Notes under the pieces: model-generated
Told to the model about the DNA's origin: nothing
Databases searched by the model: none
The model's input: the letters and a program-made list of their open reading frames with translations, nothing else
Program-made: the position numbers and the translations under genes
From: a virus
Lineage: Duplodnaviria > Caudoviricetes
IMG/VR virus record: IMGVR_UViG_3300020048_000088
Coordinates: 17,314-81,313 of that record
DNA: 64,000 nt
Direction: 5' to 3' (one strand)
Shown: in pieces, positions 45,336 through 54,210 of the stretch
Position numbering within the stretch: position 1 is the stretch's first letter
Layout of the letters: each line of letters opens with the position of its first letter

Positions 45336-45341
45336 AAAGGT

Positions 45342-45812
45342 ATGAAACTTAACACAGCTATTACAAAAGTCCTCACCAAGGAGTTGGTTGAGCCCCACGT
45401 CGACGATCTCCGCGAGGGCCGGGTCACCCAGCGAGCACTGGCAGAGAGGTTCGGGGTCAGTCAGGGCGCTCTCAGCCTGTTCCTGAGCCGGCACAATTAC
45501 CTCGAGGGGTTCACTCACGGTAGAGGCGGACGGCACCCCACCAGCACTCCCGAAATGGCCAAGGCTGTTGAGCTGGCCTCCCAGCCCAACGCGAACATTG
45601 CCAAGATCGCGCGTGATCACGGGCTGGACTATCTGGCAGTGCAGCGCAGAGTTAAGAAGCGGGAGGTCAAGGCCGCGCGGGAGGCCAAACCAACGCCTGC
45701 AGCGCCGCCACCTACACCTGCAAACCTCGATGAAACGCTGCTGCTGTGCATCATCGCGGAGCCCCATCGGTTGGCCCGAGCCGCAGCCGTACTGAGGGCA
45801 GCTGGCATCTAA
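45342..45812 (+). CDS. Tandem helix-turn-helix DNA-binding protein
   Basis: TQRALAERFGVSQGALSLFLSR and NIAKIARDHGLDYLAVQRRVKK. Confidence 0.75.
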   Translation: MKLNTAITKVLTKELVEPHVDDLREGRVTQRALAERFGVSQGALSLFLSRHNYLEGFTHGRGGRHPTSTPEMAKAVELASQPNANIAKIARDHGLDYLAVQRRVKKREVKAAREAKPTPAAPPPTPANLDETLLLCIIAEPHRLARAAAVLRAAGI

Positions 45813-45848
45813 ACCCAAACAACAACAAGACTCCGGAAAGGGGCGCAA

Positions 45849-46193
45849 ATGGGAACAAGAAACAAGGTCTACAGAGCCACGAGGATCACCTCAACACCGT
45901 CGTGGTCCGACGAGACCGCCATCGCCAAGGTCTACGCCACCGCCAGCCGCATCAAGCTGCAGGCAGGCATCAACGTCGCCGTAGACCATGTGTACCCGCT
46001 GGGCGGTGACACAGTCAGCGGGCTGCACGTCCCGGGCAATCTCCAGATACTCACCATTCGTGAGAACTGCCGCAAGGGGCGCCGGCTGCCCGGCAGCCGC
46101 AAGGCCGAACTGTGGGACACGACAACGGCGTGGGTGCCCACGACCGAGCGAGACCCGAACGAGATGATCCTGAGAGGAATGCTCAACACTTGA
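45849..46193 (+). CDS. Short HNH endonuclease next to the terminase genes
   Basis: TPSW..VDHVYPL.G..VSGLHVPGNLQIL..REN.RK. Confidence 0.8.
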   Translation: MGTRNKVYRATRITSTPSWSDETAIAKVYATASRIKLQAGINVAVDHVYPLGGDTVSGLHVPGNLQILTIRENCRKGRRLPGSRKAELWDTTTAWVPTTERDPNEMILRGMLNT

Positions 46194-46254
46194 CCCCCGC
46201 ACCCCTATGTAGCTATCCTTGTCGCCCATAACTAGAGTCGTAAAGACCACCCCT

Positions 46255-46545
46255 ATGAAACACAAATTCCAAGACCCATACTTCGAGCAGCTCGCCAAGA
46301 GACTTGTCACGCTCGACACTGCGGCCAAGCCGCGCCCCAAGTTCCAGACGATCAAGGCGTTCTTCGGAGACAACGGCATAGACCTTGACAAGTCGGCCCG
46401 AGAAATCCTTGTGGACCTCGCGCACCGCGAGGCAACGCGCCGTGGCCTGCCGGAAGCCACCAACGGCAAGAAGGTTGTCTTTCACCCAGTGGTTCTGAAG
46501 CAACTGCTGAGCTTGGTGACGCCTGAGCGCAGCGCTCGTGTTTAA
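46255..46545 (+). CDS. Hypothetical protein
   Basis: 96 aa, overlaps terS start. Confidence 0.55.
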   Translation: MKHKFQDPYFEQLAKRLVTLDTAAKPRPKFQTIKAFFGDNGIDLDKSAREILVDLAHREATRRGLPEATNGKKVVFHPVVLKQLLSLVTPERSARV

Positions 46546-46978
46546 TCCCAACGTCGAGGACGTCTTCGCCAAAGACAAGGCGAAGCCCGCACCAACGCCA
46601 CAAGGCTCACTTGAAAACATGCCTGTGGATCAGCTGCTGGAGTTGAGGCGCCAGATCGAGGCGCTGCTGCCGGTCAAGGACATCAAGGACCTGAACCTGT
46701 CGCGTGAGCTGGTGCTGCAGGTGCAGACCTTGCAGGCGCTACAGCAGCGCGTGCTGTCGGACACCGAAATACCTGCCAACCAGCAGTCCCAGTGCGCCAA
46801 CAGCCTGTCGGCCGCACTGGTCAACCTCGTCAAGCTGCAGACCGACGTCTACACGTCCGAGCGCATGAAGATCATCGAGTCCATCCTGGTGGACTGCATC
46901 AGAGACTTGCCCATGGAAGTTCAGGAGGAGTTTCTGGAGCGGTACGAGACTGCGCTGGGGAAAGCCGATGGCTCTTAA
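46538..46978 (+). CDS. terS: Probable terminase small subunit
   Basis: 146-aa helical protein immediately upstream of and overlapping terL; positional call. Confidence 0.6.
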   Translation: MFNPNVEDVFAKDKAKPAPTPQGSLENMPVDQLLELRRQIEALLPVKDIKDLNLSRELVLQVQTLQALQQRVLSDTEIPANQQSQCANSLSAALVNLVKLQTDVYTSERMKIIESILVDCIRDLPMEVQEEFLERYETALGKADGS

Positions 46979-48677
46979 CGACACCCAAAAGCACCACCTC
47001 GCGCGAATCAGGGCTGCCACAACCAACAAGTTGAACCGGACAGACCTTGCCAAGTGGATTGAGGAGAACACCTTCATCAATGGCCGGCCCTTCAGCTTCA
47101 ACAAGCACGAGTACCAGCACAGGATTCTGACGGACAGCTCGCCGGAGCTTGTGATACGCAAGTCGGCGCAGACGGGTATCTCGGAGATGTCGATGCGGAT
47201 GGCTCTGGCGCTGATCATGGTGATGCCGGGGGCGTTTCGCATCGGGTACACGTTCCCAAGCGCCGGGTTCGCGTCGAACTACGCCAAGACCCGTCTGAAC
47301 CCCATCATTTTGGATTCACCGGCGCTGCGCGCGGCCATCAGCACCGCCGACATCGACTCCAGCGAGATCAAGACGTTCGGGCGCGGCAAGGAGCTGTACT
47401 TCAAGGGAGCGGCAGTAGGAAACGCCGCGATTTCCACGACGCTTGACTTGCTGGTGCATGACGAATTGAGCTTCTCCGACCCCGAGATCATCGGCGACTA
47501 CTGGTCGCGCGTGCTGCATTCGGATTACAAGTGGCGCATCTCCCTCAGCACCCCCACGTTCATTGGCGATGCCATCGACCAGTCGTTCACCAACAGCCGC
47601 AGGCACTGGAATTTCTGCAAGTGCGAGCACTGCAACCACCAGTTTGTGCCGGACTACTACAAGAATGTCCAGATTCCGGGCTACTTGGGAGAGCTTGACC
47701 AGATCACCAAGAGCAATCTGCACACCGTGAGGTACAAGGAGGCGCAGTTCTTGTGCCCGAAGTGCTGGCAGCCGACTTCTCTGCTACCTGAGCACCGGGA
47801 GTGGGTGTGTGAGAACCCCACCGAGAATCACGTCGCTGCCGGGTACCAGGTGCAGCCGTTTGACGCGCCGCAGATCGTTTCGACACCAAGTTTGGTGGAT
47901 GCGTCGACGAAATACGCTTCCAAGGCCAAATTCAAGCAGTTTTCGCTCGGATTGCCTGCAACGGACAGCGAAAGTGGCTTCACAGAGGAAGAAATCGACG
48001 GAATTGGCATAGAAATGGCCCAAAGTCCCTTCCATTCGCACGTTTTGGGGGTCGATTTGGGCATGTATTGCCACTTTGCAGTGGGCGGAATGGCTATGGA
48101 TGGCACCCTGGTGGTGGTGCATTACGAGCGCGTGGCGTTGAAGGACTTCAGGGTGCGCTACGCGGCGCTTGTGGCGCAGTACCGGATCACCGTCAAGGTC
48201 AGCGATATTCAGCCCTACACCGAGCTGATCATGTCACTCAGCGAGACGGACCCGCGGCTTTTTGCTGCGCGTTACGTGACGCGCAACGGACTTGAGGTCT
48301 ACGACTTGAAGCAGCAGGAGGCGGACGTCGAAAACGCCATTGAAGGTGTGCGCGAGGTGAGCGTGAACCGAAACGGCTTGTTCGACAAGCTGCTGTCGGT
48401 GATCCGGCCTGCGGAGGGCGACGAGTCAGGCATCAGGATTCGCAAGTGCGGCGACTGGGCGCTTCTGAAGCAGCACATGCTGGCGATGCGCAGGGGGCAG
48501 GGCCAGTTGCGCAACGGCGAGTTCTCCAGTTTCTGGACGAAGCCACCGGACGGCCAAGACCACTACTTCCACGCGCTGGGGTATTTGTGGGTGGCTTCGC
48601 AGATGCGCGGCGTGGCGTTTGCCGGCGGCGCCATTGCGCCGGCGATCCGTAAATTCAAGGTGAAGGCAAAAACATGA
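46968..48677 (+). CDS. terL: Terminase large subunit, lambda gpA-like
   Basis: KSAQTGISE Walker A, VHDE Walker B, LSTPT coupling motif, CEHC/CPKC, nuclease GVDLG..DHYFHA. Confidence 0.9.
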   Translation: MALNDTQKHHLARIRAATTNKLNRTDLAKWIEENTFINGRPFSFNKHEYQHRILTDSSPELVIRKSAQTGISEMSMRMALALIMVMPGAFRIGYTFPSAGFASNYAKTRLNPIILDSPALRAAISTADIDSSEIKTFGRGKELYFKGAAVGNAAISTTLDLLVHDELSFSDPEIIGDYWSRVLHSDYKWRISLSTPTFIGDAIDQSFTNSRRHWNFCKCEHCNHQFVPDYYKNVQIPGYLGELDQITKSNLHTVRYKEAQFLCPKCWQPTSLLPEHREWVCENPTENHVAAGYQVQPFDAPQIVSTPSLVDASTKYASKAKFKQFSLGLPATDSESGFTEEEIDGIGIEMAQSPFHSHVLGVDLGMYCHFAVGGMAMDGTLVVVHYERVALKDFRVRYAALVAQYRITVKVSDIQPYTELIMSLSETDPRLFAARYVTRNGLEVYDLKQQEADVENAIEGVREVSVNRNGLFDKLLSVIRPAEGDESGIRIRKCGDWALLKQHMLAMRRGQGQLRNGEFSSFWTKPPDGQDHYFHALGYLWVASQMRGVAFAGGAIAPAIRKFKVKAKT

Positions 48678-48763
48678 TTGCACTGCAAATAATCAACTCG
48701 GTCGTTTTGGTAGTCCTGATCGTCAAGCTCTACGGGATGCTGAAGGACGATTTAGGCAAATAA
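48674..48763 (+). CDS. 29-aa single-TM peptide (not in ORF track)
   Basis: MIALQIINSVVLVVLIVKLYGMLKDDLGK; ATGA-coupled to terL stop. Confidence 0.55.
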   Translation: MIALQIINSVVLVVLIVKLYGMLKDDLGK

Positions 48764-48810
48764 CCCCGGGGATTTACTTTTTCCAAAGCCTTGCCCAGTA
48801 TCGCCCGCAT
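48761..48810 (+). promoter_or_regulatory. Putative late promoter, copy 1 (portal)
   Basis: TAACCCCGGGGA-TTTACT-N17-CAGTAT. Confidence 0.7.
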
Positions 48811-50341
48811 GCTGGACAAACTCAAATCCTTTTTCGTCAAAGCCGACCGTCAGGCAGCCGCTGCGCTGCCTGACATCGTCGACCCCAAGGTTCCCAATAA
48901 GCCGCAGACGAAGCAGTCGTTCAGCAGACGAACTGCGACGACCACCGGTGACGTCAAGCTCACCAGTACGGACCGCCGCACAGCGAACCTTGACATTTTG
49001 TCTCTTCGCAACGGCACGTCCACCAAATCGACGATCCATGATCTAGCGCAAGTCAGCCCCGACTTGAGCGCATCGGTTTACGCGTACCAGCGCCTGGTGG
49101 TGACGCGCGAGTTTCGGGCAGTGGCACACAATCTGGATGGCACGATCAGCCCCGAGGGCACGAAGCTGGTGCAGGCGCTGCTGGCCCGGATGAATTACCT
49201 GACGGACTACGTCGACGGCTTCAGCGGCGTCACCGGCATTCACGCGCTTTCGGAGCAGTTGTGCATGGAGTTGCGCCTGTACGGAGCCTGCTCGATGGAG
49301 CTGGTGCTGGACAAGGCCCGCGTGCCGAACCGGTTGCAGCCGATCAGCACCACGCAGATTGAGTTCGTGGAGGACAACACGGGCTATGCGTACCCTGTGC
49401 AGCGACTCAACGGCACCGAGATCAACCTTGACTTCCCGACGTTCTTTTACGAGAGCTTGGATCAGGACCTTTTGAGCGCCTACTCGAGCAGCCCGATGGA
49501 GGCTGCGCTGCAGTCGACGCTGGCGGACACCGAGTTCACCAACGATGTGCGGCGCACCATCAAGCGCGCGCTGCACCCGCGCCTGAACGTCTCCATCGAC
49601 TCCGACAAGTTCCGCAAGTCCATGCCGATCGACGTCATGGGCGACCCCGACAAGATGAAGGAGTTCCAGGAGAACTTCATTGGCGATCTCGACAGCACAG
49701 TCAACGGACTCGAGGTCGACGACGCCCTCGTCAGCTTCGACAGCGTCATGTTCACCTACCTGCAAAACGGCAACTCGAGCCTGAACGCCGAGTGGGAGAC
49801 GCTGCAGACGATGATCAATTCCAAGACGGCCACCGGCACCAAGGCGCCAAGCTTTGTGCTGGGGCACGGCTCCGGCAGCCAGAACGTGGCATCGAGCGAG
49901 AGCTTGCTGTTCCTCAAGTACTGCGAGGGCGTGCAGCTCAAGATCAACAGCATCATCTCGCGCGCGCTGACGCTGGCGACGCGCCTGCTTGGGCAGGATG
50001 TTTACGTCAAGTTCAGCTTCGACGCGATTGACCTGCGGCCCAAGGCGGAGCTCACCACCTTCAAGGTGATGGAGCAGAGCCGGGTTCTGCAGTTGCTGAG
50101 CATTGGCATGCTGTCGGACGAGGAGGCCTCGGTCATGCTGACGGGAGGCTTGGCGCCTGCAGGCTCGCCCAAACTCAGTGGCACGTTCTTTATGCCGGGC
50201 GCTGCCGACCCCAACGCGGTCGATGTTGCATCCGCCCAGTCAAACACGGGTGCCACCAACCAGACGCTCAACTCCGATTCCCCGCAGGCACCCAAGGGGC
50301 CAGCGAAGAACGATCCCAAAAACCTTCAAAGGGTCAAATAA
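48809..50341 (+). CDS. Portal protein
   Basis: 510 aa between terL and the protease; helical; start set at ATG 48809. Confidence 0.8.
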   Translation: MLDKLKSFFVKADRQAAAALPDIVDPKVPNKPQTKQSFSRRTATTTGDVKLTSTDRRTANLDILSLRNGTSTKSTIHDLAQVSPDLSASVYAYQRLVVTREFRAVAHNLDGTISPEGTKLVQALLARMNYLTDYVDGFSGVTGIHALSEQLCMELRLYGACSMELVLDKARVPNRLQPISTTQIEFVEDNTGYAYPVQRLNGTEINLDFPTFFYESLDQDLLSAYSSSPMEAALQSTLADTEFTNDVRRTIKRALHPRLNVSIDSDKFRKSMPIDVMGDPDKMKEFQENFIGDLDSTVNGLEVDDALVSFDSVMFTYLQNGNSSLNAEWETLQTMINSKTATGTKAPSFVLGHGSGSQNVASSESLLFLKYCEGVQLKINSIISRALTLATRLLGQDVYVKFSFDAIDLRPKAELTTFKVMEQSRVLQLLSIGMLSDEEASVMLTGGLAPAGSPKLSGTFFMPGAADPNAVDVASAQSNTGATNQTLNSDSPQAPKGPAKNDPKNLQRVK

Positions 50342-51723
50342 TGCTCAACATCCCAAAATACTGGGCCGGCACACCGGAATCCCTCCACGCCTACCTTGAC
50401 GCCGTCGCCAAGGTCATGGAGTCGGACCTGCCCGCCAAGCGCGCCGACTACCTTGACCCGGATGACGACGAAGGCAAGCCGCACCTGCTCGAGATGCAGG
50501 GTGACGTTGCCGTCATCAGCATCAAGGGTCCGCTGACGAACTCCGACAGCTGGATGAACATGTTCACCGGTGCCGTGAGCTACTCGTCCATCCGCGCTGC
50601 GCTCATCTGGGCGGTGAACAACGATCAGGTGAAGGCCATTGCGCTGGACATCCAGTCGGGTGGCGGCGCTGTGAGCGGGCTGGCCGACACGGCGGACCTG
50701 ATCAAGACCATCGACTCCAAGGTGAAGCCTGTGTACGCCTACGGCGACTCGCTGATCGCCAGCGCGGCTTACCGCCTGGGCATCAGCGCGCGCTCGCTGC
50801 AGATCGGCCGCGAGACCGAGGCAGGCAGCATCGGCGTCGTGATGGTGCATCGCGAGATGACCAAGATGATGGAGAACGACGGCATCACCGCCACCGTGAT
50901 CCGCTCCGGCAAATGGAAGATGCTTGGTTCGCCCTACGAGAAGCTGTCGGAGCTTGCCGAGTCCACCATGCAGGAGCAAGTGGACCAGCTCAACAGCCTG
51001 TTCGTCGAGTACGTGGCCGAATGCCTTGACAAAACGCCGGGGCAGGTGGAGGCGCAAATGGGGCAGGGCCGCATCTTCATCGGGCAGTCCGCGGTGGACG
51101 TTGGTCTGGTGTCTGGCACCATCAATTTCGACTCGTTTATGTCCGAGATTACCCGGGGGATTGCTATTTCTGAAACGCGTCCCCAGTATGGCGCAATTCT
51201 CACCAAAGGAGCCACAGTGGCAACAGCACTCACAGAACAACAGATCGCAGAAGTGGCAGCTCTCAAAGCCGCCGCTGACGCCGCTGCCGCTGCGGCAGCC
51301 ATCGCCTCAACCGAGCCTGCGGCATCCACCGTGCCGGTAGCACCATCCGCAAACCCAGACGTTGTGGCTCTGCTGCAGGGTCAGTTGGCCACTGCGCAAG
51401 CACAAGTGCTGGCCCTCAGCATCGACGTGCAGACGCTCAAGGCGTCGAGTGCCACGCTCGAAGCTCAGGCTGAGAAGTTGCGGCCCGCAGTGCGCGCCGC
51501 AGTGAGCAATTTACGCGTCGCCATGGGTGGTGTTGCCACCGGTGTCGAGGCATTGAACGACGACGGACTGATGGCGGCACACGCCGACCTGTCCGCCCAG
51601 TTCACGAGCAAGTTCCCAGCAGGTGGCGTGGCGGCGGTTTCGTCGACTGCCGATGCAGGAAAGCCGGGCGACCTGGGTGATCCAGTGCGCAAGGCTCGTT
51701 TGGCAGCCACCCGCCTATCTTAA
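50341..51723 (+). CDS. S49 (SppA-like) capsid maturation protease with C-terminal scaffold region
   Basis: LDIQSGGG, ASAAY (Ser), GSIGV, SGKWK (Lys); Ala-rich C-terminal third. Confidence 0.9.
   Translation: MLNIPKYWAGTPESLHAYLDAVAKVMESDLPAKRADYLDPDDDEGKPHLLEMQGDVAVISIKGPLTNSDSWMNMFTGAVSYSSIRAALIWAVNNDQVKAIALDIQSGGGAVSGLADTADLIKTIDSKVKPVYAYGDSLIASAAYRLGISARSLQIGRETEAGSIGVVMVHREMTKMMENDGITATVIRSGKWKMLGSPYEKLSELAESTMQEQVDQLNSLFVEYVAECLDKTPGQVEAQMGQGRIFIGQSAVDVGLVSGTINFDSFMSEITRGIAISETRPQYGAILTKGATVATALTEQQIAEVAALKAAADAAAAAAAIASTEPAASTVPVAPSANPDVVALLQGQLATAQAQVLALSIDVQTLKASSATLEAQAEKLRPAVRAAVSNLRVAMGGVATGVEALNDDGLMAAHADLSAQFTSKFPAGGVAAVSSTADAGKPGDLGDPVRKARLAATRLS
51151..51189 (+). promoter_or_regulatory. 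Putative late promoter, copy 2 (inside protease gene)
   Basis: ACCCGGGGGA-TTGCTA-N17-CAGTAT. Confidence 0.65.
51217..51723 (+). CDS. Nested in-frame scaffolding protein (lambda Nu3-like arrangement)
   Basis: AAAGGAG-ccaca-GTG at 51217, in frame with the protease, downstream of the internal promoter. Confidence 0.7.
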   Translation: MATALTEQQIAEVAALKAAADAAAAAAAIASTEPAASTVPVAPSANPDVVALLQGQLATAQAQVLALSIDVQTLKASSATLEAQAEKLRPAVRAAVSNLRVAMGGVATGVEALNDDGLMAAHADLSAQFTSKFPAGGVAAVSSTADAGKPGDLGDPVRKARLAATRLS

Positions 51724-51737
51724 TTTAAGGAGCAATC

Positions 51738-52217
51738 ATGGCGAAATTCAAATTTGGGGTCATCCTCAACCAGTCCACTATGGACACCGCACGCCTGGGT
51801 GACAGCACTACCCCGGCAACCAGCCTGCTCAACGACGCTGACGTTGGCAAGTTTCTCAAGCTGATCGGCGAGAGCCAGTACGGCTTGTGCGCAGTCGGTA
51901 ACGAGATCGAAGGCGTGATGAACTCGGTCAACACTGCGACTGTCGAGGGCTATGCCATCGGCGGTTTGCAGAAAGACGGCCGCGTTTCTGTCACTCTGGA
52001 CGGCTTGCAAGCCACTCCAGGTACAGGCGTCATCGCAGTCGGCGACTTCGTCGTGGCTGGCACACCTGTGGCCCGCAGCACTGCTCTCGGCGGTGCCAAG
52101 CCCAAGGTCTGCAAGGCTACTGCCGCTGGCGGTGCCCTGATTCACAAGTGGCGTGTCGTCTCTCTGGACGGTACCACTGCTGTGGGTCAGACCGGTCTGA
52201 TCGAACGCGTCGCCTAA
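51738..52217 (+). CDS. Head decoration/cement protein
   Basis: 159 aa, Gly/Val-rich, between scaffold and major capsid; AAGGAG SD. Confidence 0.65.
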   Translation: MAKFKFGVILNQSTMDTARLGDSTTPATSLLNDADVGKFLKLIGESQYGLCAVGNEIEGVMNSVNTATVEGYAIGGLQKDGRVSVTLDGLQATPGTGVIAVGDFVVAGTPVARSTALGGAKPKVCKATAAGGALIHKWRVVSLDGTTAVGQTGLIERVA

Positions 52218-52250
52218 CCCACCAACCCAGAATAAGAAGGAGTAAATCCC

Positions 52251-53432
52251 ATGTCTGAACAAGCAATCTACGTCGACGCCAAGGGCGACAAACAGGCCAT
52301 CGACCTTTCGGTTGGCATGTACGCCGAGGCGGCCGAGAAGAACATGTCCCTGAAGCAATTCATGGCCGTGAAATATCCCACCGACGCTGAGAAGCACGGC
52401 TCTGCTTACGAGCAGGTGCTGGAGCAGGCCGGCGTGTTCGTGCGAGGCGACAAGGAGTTTGGTATCCGCGCCTCCACCGTGGGTGAAGTGCTGGCGCCCA
52501 AAAACGCCGCCACCATCACCCGCGAGGGCATCCCTGCGTCTCGTCTCCTGTTCCCCGCCATCATGCTTGACGTGATCGAGGACAAGATGACCCGTGACTA
52601 CGCCACCAACCCCGCAGGCCTCACCGCCTTGCTGGCCTTGGATGATGGCATTCAGGGTGAGCGTTTTGAGCGCCCGGTGTTGAACTTCAGCAAGCCTGAA
52701 GCCGCCCGCAGCGCGACTGTGGCTCAGTTGGCTCTGCCCAACTCGATCCTGTCGATCACTGCCAGCGACAAGTCCATGCGTATCCCGACCTGGGGCATTG
52801 GCCTGGAGATTTCCGAGCAAGCTCAGAAGTCCACCACGCTTGACCTGGTTGGTTTGGCTGTGGCCCGTCAGGCAATGGTTGAGACCAACGAGCGCGCCAA
52901 CGGCTACATCCTCAGCTTGCTGCAGGGTGACATCGACACCGGCATGGTTGCTCTGAGCGCCATCTCTGGCAAGGTCGTCAAGGCCAACGTGTACGACGCG
53001 ACCATCGTCGCCAACGGCACGCTGACCAAGAAGGCCTGGATGAAGTGGCTGACCGCCAACGCCAACTATCGGACCATCACCCATGTGGTGACGGACTTCG
53101 ACACGGCGATGGTGCTTGACCAGCTGCTGAACGGTACCAACGCGTCCACCATGGGCCCGATGGCCACCATCACCAGCAAGGTGTCGGTGATGAACACCAA
53201 CTGGCCGACCAACGTCCAAATCTTCGTGACGAACGACCCCAGCTGGCCGGCCAACACGATCATGGGCCTGGACAAGTCTGCCGGTGTGCACCGCATCTCC
53301 AGCCTGACCGCCCAGTACAGCGCCATCGAGCAGTTCGCCATGAAGCGCTCCACGATGATGCGCTTTGACAAGGGTGACATGGTCTACCGCTTGTTTGACG
53401 AGGCCTTCGAGGTCCTGTCGCTGGTCGTCTAA
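52251..53432 (+). CDS. Major capsid protein
   Basis: 393 aa, strong codon bias, AAGAAGGAG SD, canonical position. Confidence 0.85.
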   Translation: MSEQAIYVDAKGDKQAIDLSVGMYAEAAEKNMSLKQFMAVKYPTDAEKHGSAYEQVLEQAGVFVRGDKEFGIRASTVGEVLAPKNAATITREGIPASRLLFPAIMLDVIEDKMTRDYATNPAGLTALLALDDGIQGERFERPVLNFSKPEAARSATVAQLALPNSILSITASDKSMRIPTWGIGLEISEQAQKSTTLDLVGLAVARQAMVETNERANGYILSLLQGDIDTGMVALSAISGKVVKANVYDATIVANGTLTKKAWMKWLTANANYRTITHVVTDFDTAMVLDQLLNGTNASTMGPMATITSKVSVMNTNWPTNVQIFVTNDPSWPANTIMGLDKSAGVHRISSLTAQYSAIEQFAMKRSTMMRFDKGDMVYRLFDEAFEVLSLVV

Positions 53433-53455
53433 ACGGTGATCAGGTAGCAAGGGGG

Positions 53456-53482
53456 GGGGCGAGTCCAAAAGATTCGCCCCTT
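53456..53482 (+). terminator. Stem-loop after the major capsid gene
   Basis: GGGGCGAGTC-CAAAA-GATTCGCCCC-TT. Confidence 0.55.
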
Positions 53483-53506
53483 CGTCACAACAATCGGAGA
53501 AGCCTC

Positions 53507-53686
53507 ATGGCAAAAGAAGATACCAAAGTTGCGCAGCCAAAAGCTGTGTTCGTGCGGGCAGTTCATGGCGAGATGCGCCACCTGTTCACCAACGTCGTGT
53601 TTACCTCCGACCCCAAAAAGGTCGAGGTTGATGGGTTTTTGCAGGCTCAGATTGACGCCGGCAAGCTCGAAGTTGTCCAGCCCTAA
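53507..53686 (+). CDS. 59-aa virion-associated protein (not in ORF track)
   Basis: MAKEDTKVAQPKAVFVRAVHGEMRHLFTNVVFTSDPKKVEVDGFLQAQIDAGKLEVVQP; GGAG SD. Confidence 0.65.
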   Translation: MAKEDTKVAQPKAVFVRAVHGEMRHLFTNVVFTSDPKKVEVDGFLQAQIDAGKLEVVQP

Positions 53687-53703
53687 GTTTCGGGGTTTAC
53701 CGC

Positions 53704-54210
53704 ATGTCATTGACCACTTACTGTGATTTCAGCGAAGTTCGTTCAGCCCTCGGGGTGAACAGCGTGGAGCTGTCTGATGGGGTGCTTGGCCTTCCCGTTT
53801 ACGAGATGGGCCTGATCCGGGAGCTGAATCGGCTCTCGACGTCTTTGAATGCGGCTTTTTTGGTCATCTACCTGAAGACGCCGTCAGCCCGGACCACCGA
53901 GGAGGCTGAGTTACACGATTCTGTCCGCCTCTTCAGCGTCTACGCCGCAGCCAAGCAGGTCGGTGTGTCACTGGCAAACTTCGCCCCAAAGGACGTCGGG
54001 GACGGCAAGGCGACCATCTCCAGATACTCCGGCGAGCCCTTTGAGAAGGTGCTCGCGGGGATCGACGATTACTACAGCGCGCTGCGCGGCGAGCTGCGCG
54101 CGCTCTACGAGACGTTCTCGAGCAGCACCTCGACGACCACAGCGTCCACCAAGCCCAGCACATTCTTCGTGGCCTCCCGGCGTGGCTACGACCCAGTGAC
54201 GGGAGCTTAA
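53704..54210 (+). CDS. Head-tail adaptor candidate
   Basis: 168 aa; first neck gene position. Confidence 0.6.
   Translation: MSLTTYCDFSEVRSALGVNSVELSDGVLGLPVYEMGLIRELNRLSTSLNAAFLVIYLKTPSARTTEEAELHDSVRLFSVYAAAKQVGVSLANFAPKDVGDGKATISRYSGEPFEKVLAGIDDYYSALRGELRALYETFSSSTSTTTASTKPSTFFVASRRGYDPVTGA

Noticed and set aside
46190-46219. Sigma70 promoter TTGACC-N18-TATCCT before the terminase operon
   Set aside because: Suboptimal spacing and it overlaps the HNH stop; plausible but not supportable without TSS data.
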